Below are positions 17,083 to 25,888 of a stretch of 64,000 bases of DNA, piece by piece. The translations under genes were made by a program, and so were the position numbers. The number at the start of each line of letters is the position of its first letter. Position 1 is the first letter of the stretch. Under the pieces are notes generated by a model. It saw nothing but the letters and a program-made list of their open reading frames with translations. It was not told where the DNA came from and searched no databases. The stretch comes from Saprospiraceae bacterium (lineage in GTDB: Bacteria; Bacteroidota; Bacteroidia; Chitinophagales; Saprospiraceae), in assembly GCA_016787505.1 (NCBI GenBank), contig JAEUUQ010000619.1:316-64315 (forward strand), read 5' to 3'.

Positions 17083-17183
17083 AGTCGTAGAGTCATACAG
17101 TCATACAGTCATACAGTCATACAGTCGTACAGTCGTACAGTCCTACAGTCCTACAGTCGTACAGTCGTACAGTCCTACAGTCC
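17083..17183. repeat. Tandem 8-mer array (GTCNTACA) of about 12 units, with block-wise variants ATAC x4, GTAC x2, CTAC x2, GTAC x2, CTAC.
   Basis: Read directly. It abuts or overlaps the 3' end of the minus-strand phosphoesterase gene. Confidence 0.9.
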
Positions 17184-17675
17184 CCTTTTCCCGAGTTCAA
17201 TGACTTCGAGGTTCTTGATATCGCCGGCGTCGAGCGTGAAGCGGATGAGAGTTTTGACGTGGTGGAAGCCCTCGTTGCCACAGGCGCCGGGGTTGATATG
17301 CAGCAAGTCGAAGCGGGGGTCGGGTATCACTTTGAGAATGTGGGAGTGGCCGCAGATATACAGCCGGGGTCGGTGGCTGCGCAGCAGGTCGCTGACGCGC
17401 CTGGTGTAGCGCCCGGGATAACCGCCGATATGGGTAATAAACACATCGACGCCTTCGCAAGTAAAAAATAAATCGAGCGGATAGCGCAGTTGCATCGCCT
17501 TGTCGTCGATATTGCCATAGACGGCCCGAAAGGGCTTGAAGGCTTCCAACTTATCAGCTACATCGGCGCTACCTATATCTCCGGCGTGCCATATCTCGTC
17601 GCATTCCGCAAAATAGGTAAATACTTTATCGTCGAGAAAACTGTGCGTATCGGAGAGCAGCCCTATGCGTTTCAT
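17175..17675 (-). CDS. Metallophosphoesterase, YfcE/MJ0936 family.
   Basis: LSDTHS...HAGDIG...GNID...ITHIGG...CGHSH metallophosphoesterase motifs. Confidence 0.85.
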   Translation of the reverse strand: MKRIGLLSDTHSFLDDKVFTYFAECDEIWHAGDIGSADVADKLEAFKPFRAVYGNIDDKAMQLRYPLDLFFTCEGVDVFITHIGGYPGRYTRRVSDLLRSHRPRLYICGHSHILKVIPDPRFDLLHINPGACGNEGFHHVKTLIRFTLDAGDIKNLEVIELGKRGL

Positions 17676-18637
17676 TGTGGTATTGAAAACACGATTTTGC
17701 CAAATTGCAGTCCCCTGTCCATGCGTTGGAATGCATTATTGCCATCGGAGAGGGAGTAGACGCTGTCCACCACCGGCGTAATGCGATGTTGGGCCACAAA
17801 ATCCACCATATCCTGGAATTCCTGGTCTGTTCCCATCGAAGTGCCGTGGATACTGATTTGCCGCCAGAAAAGATGCTGGGGTGAAAAGGTTGCCAATCCT
17901 TTGCCGCCGCCATACACAACAATACAACCACCCGGGCGACATAACCTCACAAGATGGGCAAAGGCTTCTCCGCCGGCGCTATCCACAATCACATCGAAAT
18001 CGACAGCCAGGGCCGACAACTGTTTTTGCCAGTCCGCATCCCTGTAGTTAACACCTCCGGTTATACCCAGCTTTTTGGCGCGCTGCAATTTTTCGGCTGA
18101 TCCCGAAGTAACCCACACCTCTGCGCCGGCAGCTAAGGCTAATTGAGCTGTCATGAGGGCCACACCGCCACCGATACCCGTCACAAGTACCCGCTGCCCA
18201 CTTTGCAAGCGTGCCTTTGTAAAAAGCGCCCTATAAGCCGTAAGTCCGCCCAAAGGCAATGCCGCTGCCTGCTCCCAACTCAAATGAGCGGGTTTGGACG
18301 CCAGCCTGTCAGCCGAAACAAGTACGCGTTGGGCAAAAGTTCCGTCGATAGGCATACCCAGCACCTGGTAATTCCTGGAGGGATAAGCCGGGTTATCGCC
18401 CCACCCGGTTCCAGGATTGATAATTACTTCGCGGCCATTATACAAACCGGCGCCATCAGAGCCCAACACGGACGGCGTGCGGATATTAGGGTATAGGCCC
18501 TGTGTGATAAACACATCGCGGTGGTTGAGCGCTGCCGCGCGTAATTGCACGAGCACTTCGCCGTCGCCGGGAGCAGGGTCGGGATAATCGCCAAATTGCA
18601 GCGCTTCGCCTGGTGCGTTGTAAACGAGGGCTTTCAT
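17672..18637 (-). CDS. Zinc-type alcohol dehydrogenase / quinone oxidoreductase (MDR superfamily).
   Basis: 321 aa. NHRD, GSDGAG, and the VTGIGGGVAL nucleotide-binding loop. ATGA overlap with the downstream gene. Confidence 0.8.
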   Translation of the reverse strand: MKALVYNAPGEALQFGDYPDPAPGDGEVLVQLRAAALNHRDVFITQGLYPNIRTPSVLGSDGAGLYNGREVIINPGTGWGDNPAYPSRNYQVLGMPIDGTFAQRVLVSADRLASKPAHLSWEQAAALPLGGLTAYRALFTKARLQSGQRVLVTGIGGGVALMTAQLALAAGAEVWVTSGSAEKLQRAKKLGITGGVNYRDADWQKQLSALAVDFDVIVDSAGGEAFAHLVRLCRPGGCIVVYGGGKGLATFSPQHLFWRQISIHGTSMGTDQEFQDMVDFVAQHRITPVVDSVYSLSDGNNAFQRMDRGLQFGKIVFSIPQ

Positions 18638-18656
18638 TGTTAGTAATTGTTTAGGA

Positions 18657-18762
18657 GGGTTTATGAGGGGTTTAGCGATTGGGTTTAGCGGTTGGGTTTA
18701 GCGATTGGGTATAGAAAACTAAACCCTAACGCTAAACTGCCGAAGGCACTAAACCCTACTCA
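18657..18762. repeat. Tandem-repeat hairpin. 3x GGGTTTAGCGRTT lies opposite CTAAACCCTAACGCTAAAC-TGCCGAAGGCA-CTAAACCCTAC.
   Basis: Read directly. It shares the module CTAAACTGCCGAAGGCACTAAACCCTAC with the element at 1-180. Confidence 0.85.
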
Positions 18763-18765
18763 ACA

Positions 18766-19929
18766 TTATATATCAACAACCGAAGCGGTATCTTTCACCA
18801 GTTCGGGAAGGATCTTTTTCAACTGGTCGATCACAAAATCAATTTCTTCCATCGTATTAAAATGCGAAAAAGAAAAGCGTATCGTTTTGCGGTCGGAGTT
18901 GCCATGCAGGGCGGCGATCACGTGAGAACCCGCATCGGCGCCCGAACTACAGGCGCTGCCGCCCGACACGCTTACGCCGTTAATATCTAAATTAAACAAC
19001 AACAAATCGCCTTTGGGCGAAGCGGGGAAAGATACGCTCAGCACTTTGTAATTGCCGTTATCGGGGTCGCCGTTAAATTGGATATCTTCAAATTCGCTCT
19101 CCAGGCGCGCTTTAAAATAATTGCGCACCGCGGTGATATGCGCGCGGTTTTGCTCCATATTTTCCACCGCCACCTCCATGGCCTTCGCCAAACCGATAAT
19201 ACCGTGCAGGTTTTCGGTACCGGCACGCATATTGCGCTCCTGAGCGCCGCCGTCGATAAAAGGCTTGACGATATTCTCCTTATTCATATAAAGAAAACCG
19301 ATGCCTTTGGGGCCGTGGAATTTATGGGCCGAGCCGGTCAGAAAATTCACCTTTATCTCGCTCAAATTGATAGAAAAAAAGGCCATCGTCTGCACTGTAT
19401 CCGTATGAAACAAAGCGTTGTATTGCTGACACAACCGGGACACTTCCGCCAGGTCGATCATAGTGCCGATTTCATTATTAGCGTGCATAAGGGATACCAG
19501 TGTTTTGGTATCGTCTTCGCGAAGCCATTGCTCCAGTTGCGCCATATCGATGCGGCCCTTTTCGTCGACCGACAGGTATTTTACTTCGGCCTGCTCTCCA
19601 TTCGAAATGCTATCGAGGCTATGCAACACACAGTGGTGTTCGGTGGGCGAGCTTATAATGCGCCTCACGCCCAGGTCGCGCACCGAGCATTTGAGCGCCA
19701 TATTATTTGATTCGGTGCCGCACGAAGTGAAGATAATCTCGCCTATAGAAGCGCCGAGATAATTGGCCACCTTTTTTCTGGCCTGTTCGATAGCGGCACG
19801 GGCCACCCGGCCTTCTGCGTGTATCGACGACGGATTACCGTGGTATTGATTCATTGCGGCCACCATAAATTCGATCACCTGGGGATCCATTTGCGTAGTG
19901 GCGGCATTGTCCAGATATACTCTTTTCAT
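18766..19929 (-). CDS. Cysteine desulfurase (NifS/IscS-type class V aminotransferase).
   Basis: SAHKFHGPKGIG (PLP lysine) and the SGGSACSSG active-site Cys loop. Confidence 0.85.
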   Translation of the reverse strand: MKRVYLDNAATTQMDPQVIEFMVAAMNQYHGNPSSIHAEGRVARAAIEQARKKVANYLGASIGEIIFTSCGTESNNMALKCSVRDLGVRRIISSPTEHHCVLHSLDSISNGEQAEVKYLSVDEKGRIDMAQLEQWLREDDTKTLVSLMHANNEIGTMIDLAEVSRLCQQYNALFHTDTVQTMAFFSINLSEIKVNFLTGSAHKFHGPKGIGFLYMNKENIVKPFIDGGAQERNMRAGTENLHGIIGLAKAMEVAVENMEQNRAHITAVRNYFKARLESEFEDIQFNGDPDNGNYKVLSVSFPASPKGDLLLFNLDINGVSVSGGSACSSGADAGSHVIAALHGNSDRKTIRFSFSHFNTMEEIDFVIDQLKKILPELVKDTASVVDI

Positions 19930-19955
19930 AAGTTGAGTTGGTTAGGATAAACGTA

Positions 19956-21332
19956 TTATAACTGGTTATCGACTACCTGTCTTACATCAAGCACCAGTTT
20001 ATCGGCAACGGCCTGGCTTGTACCCTCAGCATAAATGCGGATAATCGGTTCGGTATTCGATTTGCGCAGGTGCACCCAGCCATCGGCGAAATCTATTTTG
20101 AGTCCGTCTTCGGTATTACACTGTTCATTTTGGTAATGTTGATAGAGGGCTTGCAGTATTTTTTCCAGGTCGGTATCGGGGGTTAGCGCTATTTTATCTT
20201 TAATCATAAAATACTGGGGGTAGCCTGCTTTTAGTTCCGCCAGGGATTTTCCGGAGCGGGCAAGGTGCGACAACAAGAGCGCGATGCCTGCCAGCGCATC
20301 GCGGCCATAGTGGAGATCGGGCACGATAATTCCGCCGTTGCCTTCGCCGCCGATCGTGGCGCCTACGGCTTTCATTTTTTCTACCACGTTGACTTCGCCC
20401 ACGGCGGCGGCGTAATATTCGCATCCGTGGCGGCGCGACACATCGCGCAAGGCCCGGCTCGAAGACAAATTAGACACCGTGGGGCCTGGCTGGTGCGGCA
20501 AAATATAATCGGCGACGGCCACCAGCGTATATTCTTCGCCGAACATCGCGCCGTCGGCACACACCAGGGCGAGGCGGTCCACATCGGGGTCTACGGCGAT
20601 GCCCAGGTCGGCTCCGCTATGCCGGACGGTTTCTGAAAGTTCGCTGAGGTGCTCGGGCAGCGGTTCGGGGTTGTGGGCAAACCGGCCGTTTACCTCGGCA
20701 TTGATCGCGAGCACCTCGCAGCCCAGTTGTTCGAGCAAGGGCGTTACCGACAGGGCGCCAGTGGAGTTGACGCAGTCGACCACCACTTTAAAGGCTCTTT
20801 TGCGGATGACCTCCGCATCCACCAGGGGCAGGGCGAGAATTTTTTCGATATGTTGCGCTATGGCGCCTTCTTTTTTGCGATACGTACCGATGTTTTCCAC
20901 GCTGCAATAGCGGATAGCGCCCTGTGCCAGCAGGTCGAGCAGAGCCTGGCCGTCGGCGGCGGAGATAAACTCGCCTTTTTCGTTGAGAAACTTGAGTGCA
21001 TTCCACTCCACGGGGTTGTGGCTGGCTGTGACAATAATGCCGGCGCCGGCGCCCAGTTCGGTGACGGCCATCTCCACCGTGGGCGTGGTAGAAAGGCCCA
21101 GATCGATCACGTCGATACCCAGTCCTACCAGCGTATTGGCAACCAGGCTACTGACCATTTTGCCCGAAGGGCGGCCGTCGCGGCCCAACACCACTTTGGG
21201 GGTCCCTCCCCTTTCCAACAACCAAAAGCCAAAGGCGGCTGCGCATTCCACTACATCTTGCGGGGTCAGATTTTCGCCTGCCTGTCCTCCGATAGTGCCT
21301 CTTATTCCAGAAATTGATTTGATCAGTGTCAA
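19956..21332 (-). CDS. glmM: Phosphoglucosamine mutase.
   Basis: SISGIRG..., TASHNP (phosphoserine loop), DPDVDR, GGEGNGG. I chose the TTG start at 21332 (MTLIKSISGIRG). The longer ORF to 21524 would overlap the divergent gene. Confidence 0.85.
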   Translation of the reverse strand: MTLIKSISGIRGTIGGQAGENLTPQDVVECAAAFGFWLLERGGTPKVVLGRDGRPSGKMVSSLVANTLVGLGIDVIDLGLSTTPTVEMAVTELGAGAGIIVTASHNPVEWNALKFLNEKGEFISAADGQALLDLLAQGAIRYCSVENIGTYRKKEGAIAQHIEKILALPLVDAEVIRKRAFKVVVDCVNSTGALSVTPLLEQLGCEVLAINAEVNGRFAHNPEPLPEHLSELSETVRHSGADLGIAVDPDVDRLALVCADGAMFGEEYTLVAVADYILPHQPGPTVSNLSSSRALRDVSRRHGCEYYAAAVGEVNVVEKMKAVGATIGGEGNGGIIVPDLHYGRDALAGIALLLSHLARSGKSLAELKAGYPQYFMIKDKIALTPDTDLEKILQALYQHYQNEQCNTEDGLKIDFADGWVHLRKSNTEPIIRIYAEGTSQAVADKLVLDVRQVVDNQL

Positions 21333-21419
21333 CGTGAAATAGTTTTGCTGCAAAGTTACGTATAGCAACCGGTTTTTTATGCCAGTTGTGCTAACTTTGC
21401 CGTCAAACCCGATTGGCAG

Positions 21420-22157
21420 ATGCATCAGGAAGAAGATTGGTTTATCCACTGGTTTGACTCCCCGTATTACCACACGCTTTATAAAAATCGCGACGAAAAA
21501 GAGGCCCATACTTTTATCGATCAATTACTAGCCGAATTGTCGCCAGTGGCCCAATCGCGCATCCTCGACCTGGCCTGCGGGCGGGGTCGCTACTCGCGTT
21601 ATTTGGCCGACAAAGGTTATGAAGTGACGGGAGTAGATCTTTCCCCATCCAGCATAGCTTATGCGCAGCAATTTGAGCGAGAGAACCTTTCCTTTTTCGT
21701 ACACGACATGCGGACTTTATACCGTACCAACTACTTTGACTATATTTTCAACTTTTTCACCAGCTTTGGGTATTTCCACCGCGAAAAAGACGAAGTTAAT
21801 GTGTTAAAAAATGTGGCACGGGGATTGAAGCCATCGGGGGTATTTGTACTCGACTTTTTCAACAGCCGTTATGTGAGAAACCGCTTGATGGGCTCGGATA
21901 ACAAAACCATAGATGGTATTCATTTCAAATTACATAAATGGATCAACCACCATTTTGTACATAAATCAATTGATATTGATGAGGATGGGCAGGTTTTTCA
22001 TTTTGAAGAAAAAGTGAGGCTGTATGAACTGTCCGATTTTCAGCGATTATTTTCGCTGGCCGGTTTAACCATTGCACACACATACGGCAACTATCAACTG
22101 AGCGCTTTTGACGAAAATGAAAGTCCCAGACTAATCATCGTAAGCCGGAAAATATGA
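21420..22157 (+). CDS. Class I SAM-dependent methyltransferase.
   Basis: Motif I ILDLACGRGRYSRYLADKGYEVTGVDLS. Confidence 0.8.
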   Translation: MHQEEDWFIHWFDSPYYHTLYKNRDEKEAHTFIDQLLAELSPVAQSRILDLACGRGRYSRYLADKGYEVTGVDLSPSSIAYAQQFERENLSFFVHDMRTLYRTNYFDYIFNFFTSFGYFHREKDEVNVLKNVARGLKPSGVFVLDFFNSRYVRNRLMGSDNKTIDGIHFKLHKWINHHFVHKSIDIDEDGQVFHFEEKVRLYELSDFQRLFSLAGLTIAHTYGNYQLSAFDENESPRLIIVSRKI

Positions 22158-22723
22158 ACGAACTCCTTCAACTCGACCAGGCTCTGTTTTACTGGATCAA
22201 CAATGACTGGCACACGCCCTGGCTCGATGCTATCATGCCATACTGGCGCGACAAAAGCTTCTGGATACCGCTATATGCGATCGGGGTGGCGCTGGTAGTA
22301 TGGAAATACCGGCTAAAAAGCCTCTATTTCCTGGTGGCGGTGGCCATCACTATTGCCGTAGCCGACCAAACCAGCAGCGAACTCATCAAAAAAAATGTAA
22401 AAAGGCTGCGGCCCTGCAACGACCCCGAGGTAAAAACCCAGGTCGATCTGTTGATTCCCTGCGGGGTAGGATATAGTTTCACTTCCTCACACGCTGCCAA
22501 CCACTTTGCACTGGCGGCTTTTCTGAGTTTAACGCTAGGGCGCCGTTACCGCCGTATCCGCGTGCCGCTGTATGTATGGGCGGGCTCTATTGCGCTGGGG
22601 CAGGTGTACGTGGGGGTGCATTATCCGCTGGATATTACGATAGGCGCGCTGCTGGGGGTGCTTGTGGGTTGGGCGATGAGCAGGTTGTATTTGAGGTGGT
22701 TTTCCTTAGAGGTGACAGGGTGA
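22154..22723 (+). CDS. PAP2-family phosphatase (membrane).
   Basis: KRLRP...SFTSSHA...GVHYPLD tripartite PAP2 motif. ATGA overlap with the upstream gene. Confidence 0.85.
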   Translation: MNELLQLDQALFYWINNDWHTPWLDAIMPYWRDKSFWIPLYAIGVALVVWKYRLKSLYFLVAVAITIAVADQTSSELIKKNVKRLRPCNDPEVKTQVDLLIPCGVGYSFTSSHAANHFALAAFLSLTLGRRYRRIRVPLYVWAGSIALGQVYVGVHYPLDITIGALLGVLVGWAMSRLYLRWFSLEVTG

Positions 22724-22799
22724 CACGGTGACACGGTGACAGGGGGTTATTGAATACCTTGTCACCCTGTCACCTTGTCACCCTGTCACCCTGTCACCC
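22711..22799. terminator. Terminator hairpin built from tandem 8-mers (GGTGACAS / STGTCACC).
   Basis: 4 units lie on the left arm and 5 on the right. The stop codon of the PAP2 gene lies inside the left arm. Confidence 0.7.
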
Positions 22800-23022
22800 A
22801 AAAAGTAAAATTGGCGACGAAAAGCGGGTTTGCAAGCCGGGCATAGTATATAAGGCCTAAATTTCCGAAACAAAAGGAAATGTGCTTGCCTGTAATTTAT
22901 TCACATACAATGTATTGTCTTTCTTTAAAACACAAAAAAAAAGAAAGCTTTTAAATTTACAGATTTTCACTAATTTCGCCTGGCAGGCCAAATAATTTTC
23001 TAATCAAACACAGGTGAATGGT

Positions 23023-25863
23023 ATGAAAATTCTACAAAACCACCATATTCTAAATATAATTCTATTTTTTGGCATCATACAAGGCGCCATCGCACAGACC
23101 GTAATCCGCGGGGAAGTAGTGGATGACAACAGTGGCGAAGCGCTCATCAATGCCAGCGTGATCATCAAAGGCACCACAGAGGGCATGGTCACCGATTTTG
23201 ACGGCAAATTCGAGATCAGTACGAACCAGCGTTTGCCGTTCACGCTTACCGTAAGCTACGTCGGCTATACAGAGTTGGAAGTACCCGTAGCTTCGGCGAA
23301 TACAGCGTTAAAAATCAGGCTTAAAGAAGACGCCTTCACCATTTCCGGGGTGGAAGTCACCGGTCGTCGCATCTCAGAGAAGCAGCGGCAGTCGGCGCTC
23401 ACCGTAGAAACCCTCGACAACATAGCTATCAGGGAAACGCCCGCGGCCAACTTTTACGATGGCCTGGGTTCGCTCAAAGAAGTCGACTTAACGGCGGCCA
23501 GTCTGGGCTTCAAAATCATCAACACCCGCGGCTTCAACAGCACCAGTCCGGTGCGATCGCTGCAGATCATCGACGGCGTCGACAACCAGTCGCCGGGGCT
23601 CAACTTCTCGCTGGGCAACTTCCTGGGCGCCTCCGAGCTCGACGTCAACCGCGTCAACATGGTAGTGGGCGCCAGTTCGGCCTTTTACGGCCCCAACGCC
23701 TTCAACGGCGTGATCAGCATGGAAACCAAAGATCCCTACCTGCACCACGGCCTGTCGGCCACCCTCAAAGTGGGCGAGCGCAACCTGCTCGAAGGCGGTT
23801 TCCGCTACGCCGATGCATTTGAAAACAAAGCAGGCTTCCATACTTTTGGCTACAAGCTCAACATGTACTACTTCCGGGCCGACGACTGGGAGGCAGATAA
23901 TTACGATCCCGTATACGACTCAGAAACAGATCAATCCAACCCCGGGGGCTTCGACGCGGTGAATATATACGGCGATGAATACCTGGGGCAGAACAATTTT
24001 ACAAAAGTACTTTCCAGCCCGGGTCTCGGCATCATCCACCGTCGCGGTTATCAGGAGAAAGACCTGGTGGATTACAATTCCAGAAACCTCAAGTTGGGAG
24101 CGGCTTTCCATTTCAGGCTGAAACCTTCACTAGACGTGCTGTCGCCGACACTCATTCTGTCTTCTAATTTCAGTACGGGCACCACGGTATACCAGGGCGA
24201 CAACCGCTATAGCCTGCGCGACATCAAATTTTACCAGCACAGGATTGAGCTCAAAAAAGAAGACACCTATTTCCTGCGTTTTTATGCCACCCACGAAGAC
24301 GCCGGCAGGTCTTACGATCCCTATTTTACTGCTTTGCAGCTACAAGAGAACGCCAAAGAAAACGATTATTGGCGGGCCTCTTACAAGGCTTATTGGGATA
24401 TCTTCGTATCCCCCCAGATCAAAGCCCGCGAAGGATACCCCAATCCGCTGGATTACCTGGGGCGCCCTGCCGAATTCCAGGCTGCCGTTAGCACTTTTTT
24501 GAGTGACCCCCAACTTGAGGCGTTGTTATTCCAATGGCACGAAGCCGCCCAACATTACGCCAACCAGGCCGACCCCATCATCGGCGCCGAAGCCTTTTAC
24601 GACCCTCACCCCGACTCGCTTACGTACGACCGCTTCCGGGAAGAATTCAACAGCATTACTTCGCGCATTTCTTATACGGAAGGCGGCACGCGCTTTTACG
24701 ACAAATCGGCCCTGTTTCATTCCCATGGCGAATACCGGTTTAACGATATAGTGCAACAAAATACGATTACCGATCTCGACCTCGTATTTGGCGCCAATGC
24801 CCGCTTATACAGGCCCGATTCGAGAGGTTCCATCCTGCTCGACACCTTCGGACGCAAAATCGACACTTACGAATACGGCATTTATGGCGGCGGCACCATG
24901 GAGTTCAACAAAACCTTGAAAATCAATGCCTCGGTGCGTTTGGATAAAAACCAGAACTTCGACTACCTGCTTTCTCCGGCGGCTTCTATGGTTTACACCC
25001 CAAATCCCAACCACACTTTACGGGCCTCTTTTTCCTCGGCCATCCGCAACCCTACGCTTGCCGACCAATACCTGTTTTATAATGTAGGCAGGGCTATTCT
25101 GATTGGAAATTTGGAAGGTTTTCAGGACCTTGTCACCGTTGAATCGTTGATCGATTATCTCAATACCAACAATTCCGATACCTTAAGATATTTTGACGTT
25201 GCTCCCATCGAACCCGAAAAGGTTAGAACACTCGAAGCCGGGTATCGCACACTGATTGGCGATCATCTCTATATGGACGCCACTTATTACTACAGCTTCT
25301 ATCGCGATTTCATCGGTTATAATATCGGCGTAGACGCTACATTCGACCAACTGACGGGGTTGCCCACTAAAGCACAGGCTTATCGCGTAGCCGCCAACGC
25401 CACGGATAACGTAACCACGCAAGGTTTTTCGCTGGGGCTCAACTATTACTTCAGCAAATACTACGTGGTGAACGGCAACTACTCGTGGAACAAGCTGAAT
25501 ACAGCCTCAGACGATCCGATCATTCCGGCATTCAACACACCCGAACATAAGTTCAATTTCGGTTTGGCCGGTCGCGATATTCCCATTAAATTGGGCCGCC
25601 TTGTAATCAACAATTTTGGGTTTAATATTAATTATAAATGGATCGACGGTTTCATTTTTGAGGGATCGCCCCAATTCACGGGTTTTATCCCTTCATACGA
25701 CCTGCTCGATGCACAGATCAACTGGCGAGCCGCGAAAATCAACACGACATTTAAGCTAGGCGCCTCCAACCTGCTCAATAAACAGACGTTCCAGACTTAT
25801 GGCGGCCCACGGATTGGCAGATTGGCTTATTTTTCGATTTTGTACGATTTCAAGAAAAAGTAA
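23023..25863 (+). CDS. TonB-dependent receptor (CarboxypepD_reg domain + plug + barrel).
   Basis: VIRGEVVDDNSGEALINASVIIKGTTEGMVTDFDGKFEI is CarboxypepD_reg-like. A plug region follows, and the protein has the C-terminal aromatic-rich barrel end typical of the family. Confidence 0.85.
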   Translation: MKILQNHHILNIILFFGIIQGAIAQTVIRGEVVDDNSGEALINASVIIKGTTEGMVTDFDGKFEISTNQRLPFTLTVSYVGYTELEVPVASANTALKIRLKEDAFTISGVEVTGRRISEKQRQSALTVETLDNIAIRETPAANFYDGLGSLKEVDLTAASLGFKIINTRGFNSTSPVRSLQIIDGVDNQSPGLNFSLGNFLGASELDVNRVNMVVGASSAFYGPNAFNGVISMETKDPYLHHGLSATLKVGERNLLEGGFRYADAFENKAGFHTFGYKLNMYYFRADDWEADNYDPVYDSETDQSNPGGFDAVNIYGDEYLGQNNFTKVLSSPGLGIIHRRGYQEKDLVDYNSRNLKLGAAFHFRLKPSLDVLSPTLILSSNFSTGTTVYQGDNRYSLRDIKFYQHRIELKKEDTYFLRFYATHEDAGRSYDPYFTALQLQENAKENDYWRASYKAYWDIFVSPQIKAREGYPNPLDYLGRPAEFQAAVSTFLSDPQLEALLFQWHEAAQHYANQADPIIGAEAFYDPHPDSLTYDRFREEFNSITSRISYTEGGTRFYDKSALFHSHGEYRFNDIVQQNTITDLDLVFGANARLYRPDSRGSILLDTFGRKIDTYEYGIYGGGTMEFNKTLKINASVRLDKNQNFDYLLSPAASMVYTPNPNHTLRASFSSAIRNPTLADQYLFYNVGRAILIGNLEGFQDLVTVESLIDYLNTNNSDTLRYFDVAPIEPEKVRTLEAGYRTLIGDHLYMDATYYYSFYRDFIGYNIGVDATFDQLTGLPTKAQAYRVAANATDNVTTQGFSLGLNYYFSKYYVVNGNYSWNKLNTASDDPIIPAFNTPEHKFNFGLAGRDIPIKLGRLVINNFGFNINYKWIDGFIFEGSPQFTGFIPSYDLLDAQINWRAAKINTTFKLGASNLLNKQTFQTYGGPRIGRLAYFSILYDFKKK

Positions 25864-25888
25864 TTTCATTCATTCAAACAACGGCTAT

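Noticed and set aside
16951-17183. Possible CRISPR arrays (here and at the other tandem-repeat loci).
   Set aside because: The units are 7-14 bp and contiguous, with no unique spacers. No cas genes are present.
16969-17409. 146-aa plus-strand ORF (MMRGCGLWVVGYGLWVMGCGLWVV...IQSYSHTVIQSYS...).
   Set aside because: Its N-terminal two thirds are a direct translation of the two tandem DNA arrays, and the rest is antisense to the well-supported metallophosphoesterase gene. It is a repeat artefact, not a gene.
22800-23022. Riboswitch upstream of the TonB-dependent receptor.
   Set aside because: I found no B12 box (GCCACTG-like), no TPP CUGAGA core, and no other conserved riboswitch core. The region is AT-rich promoter-like DNA.
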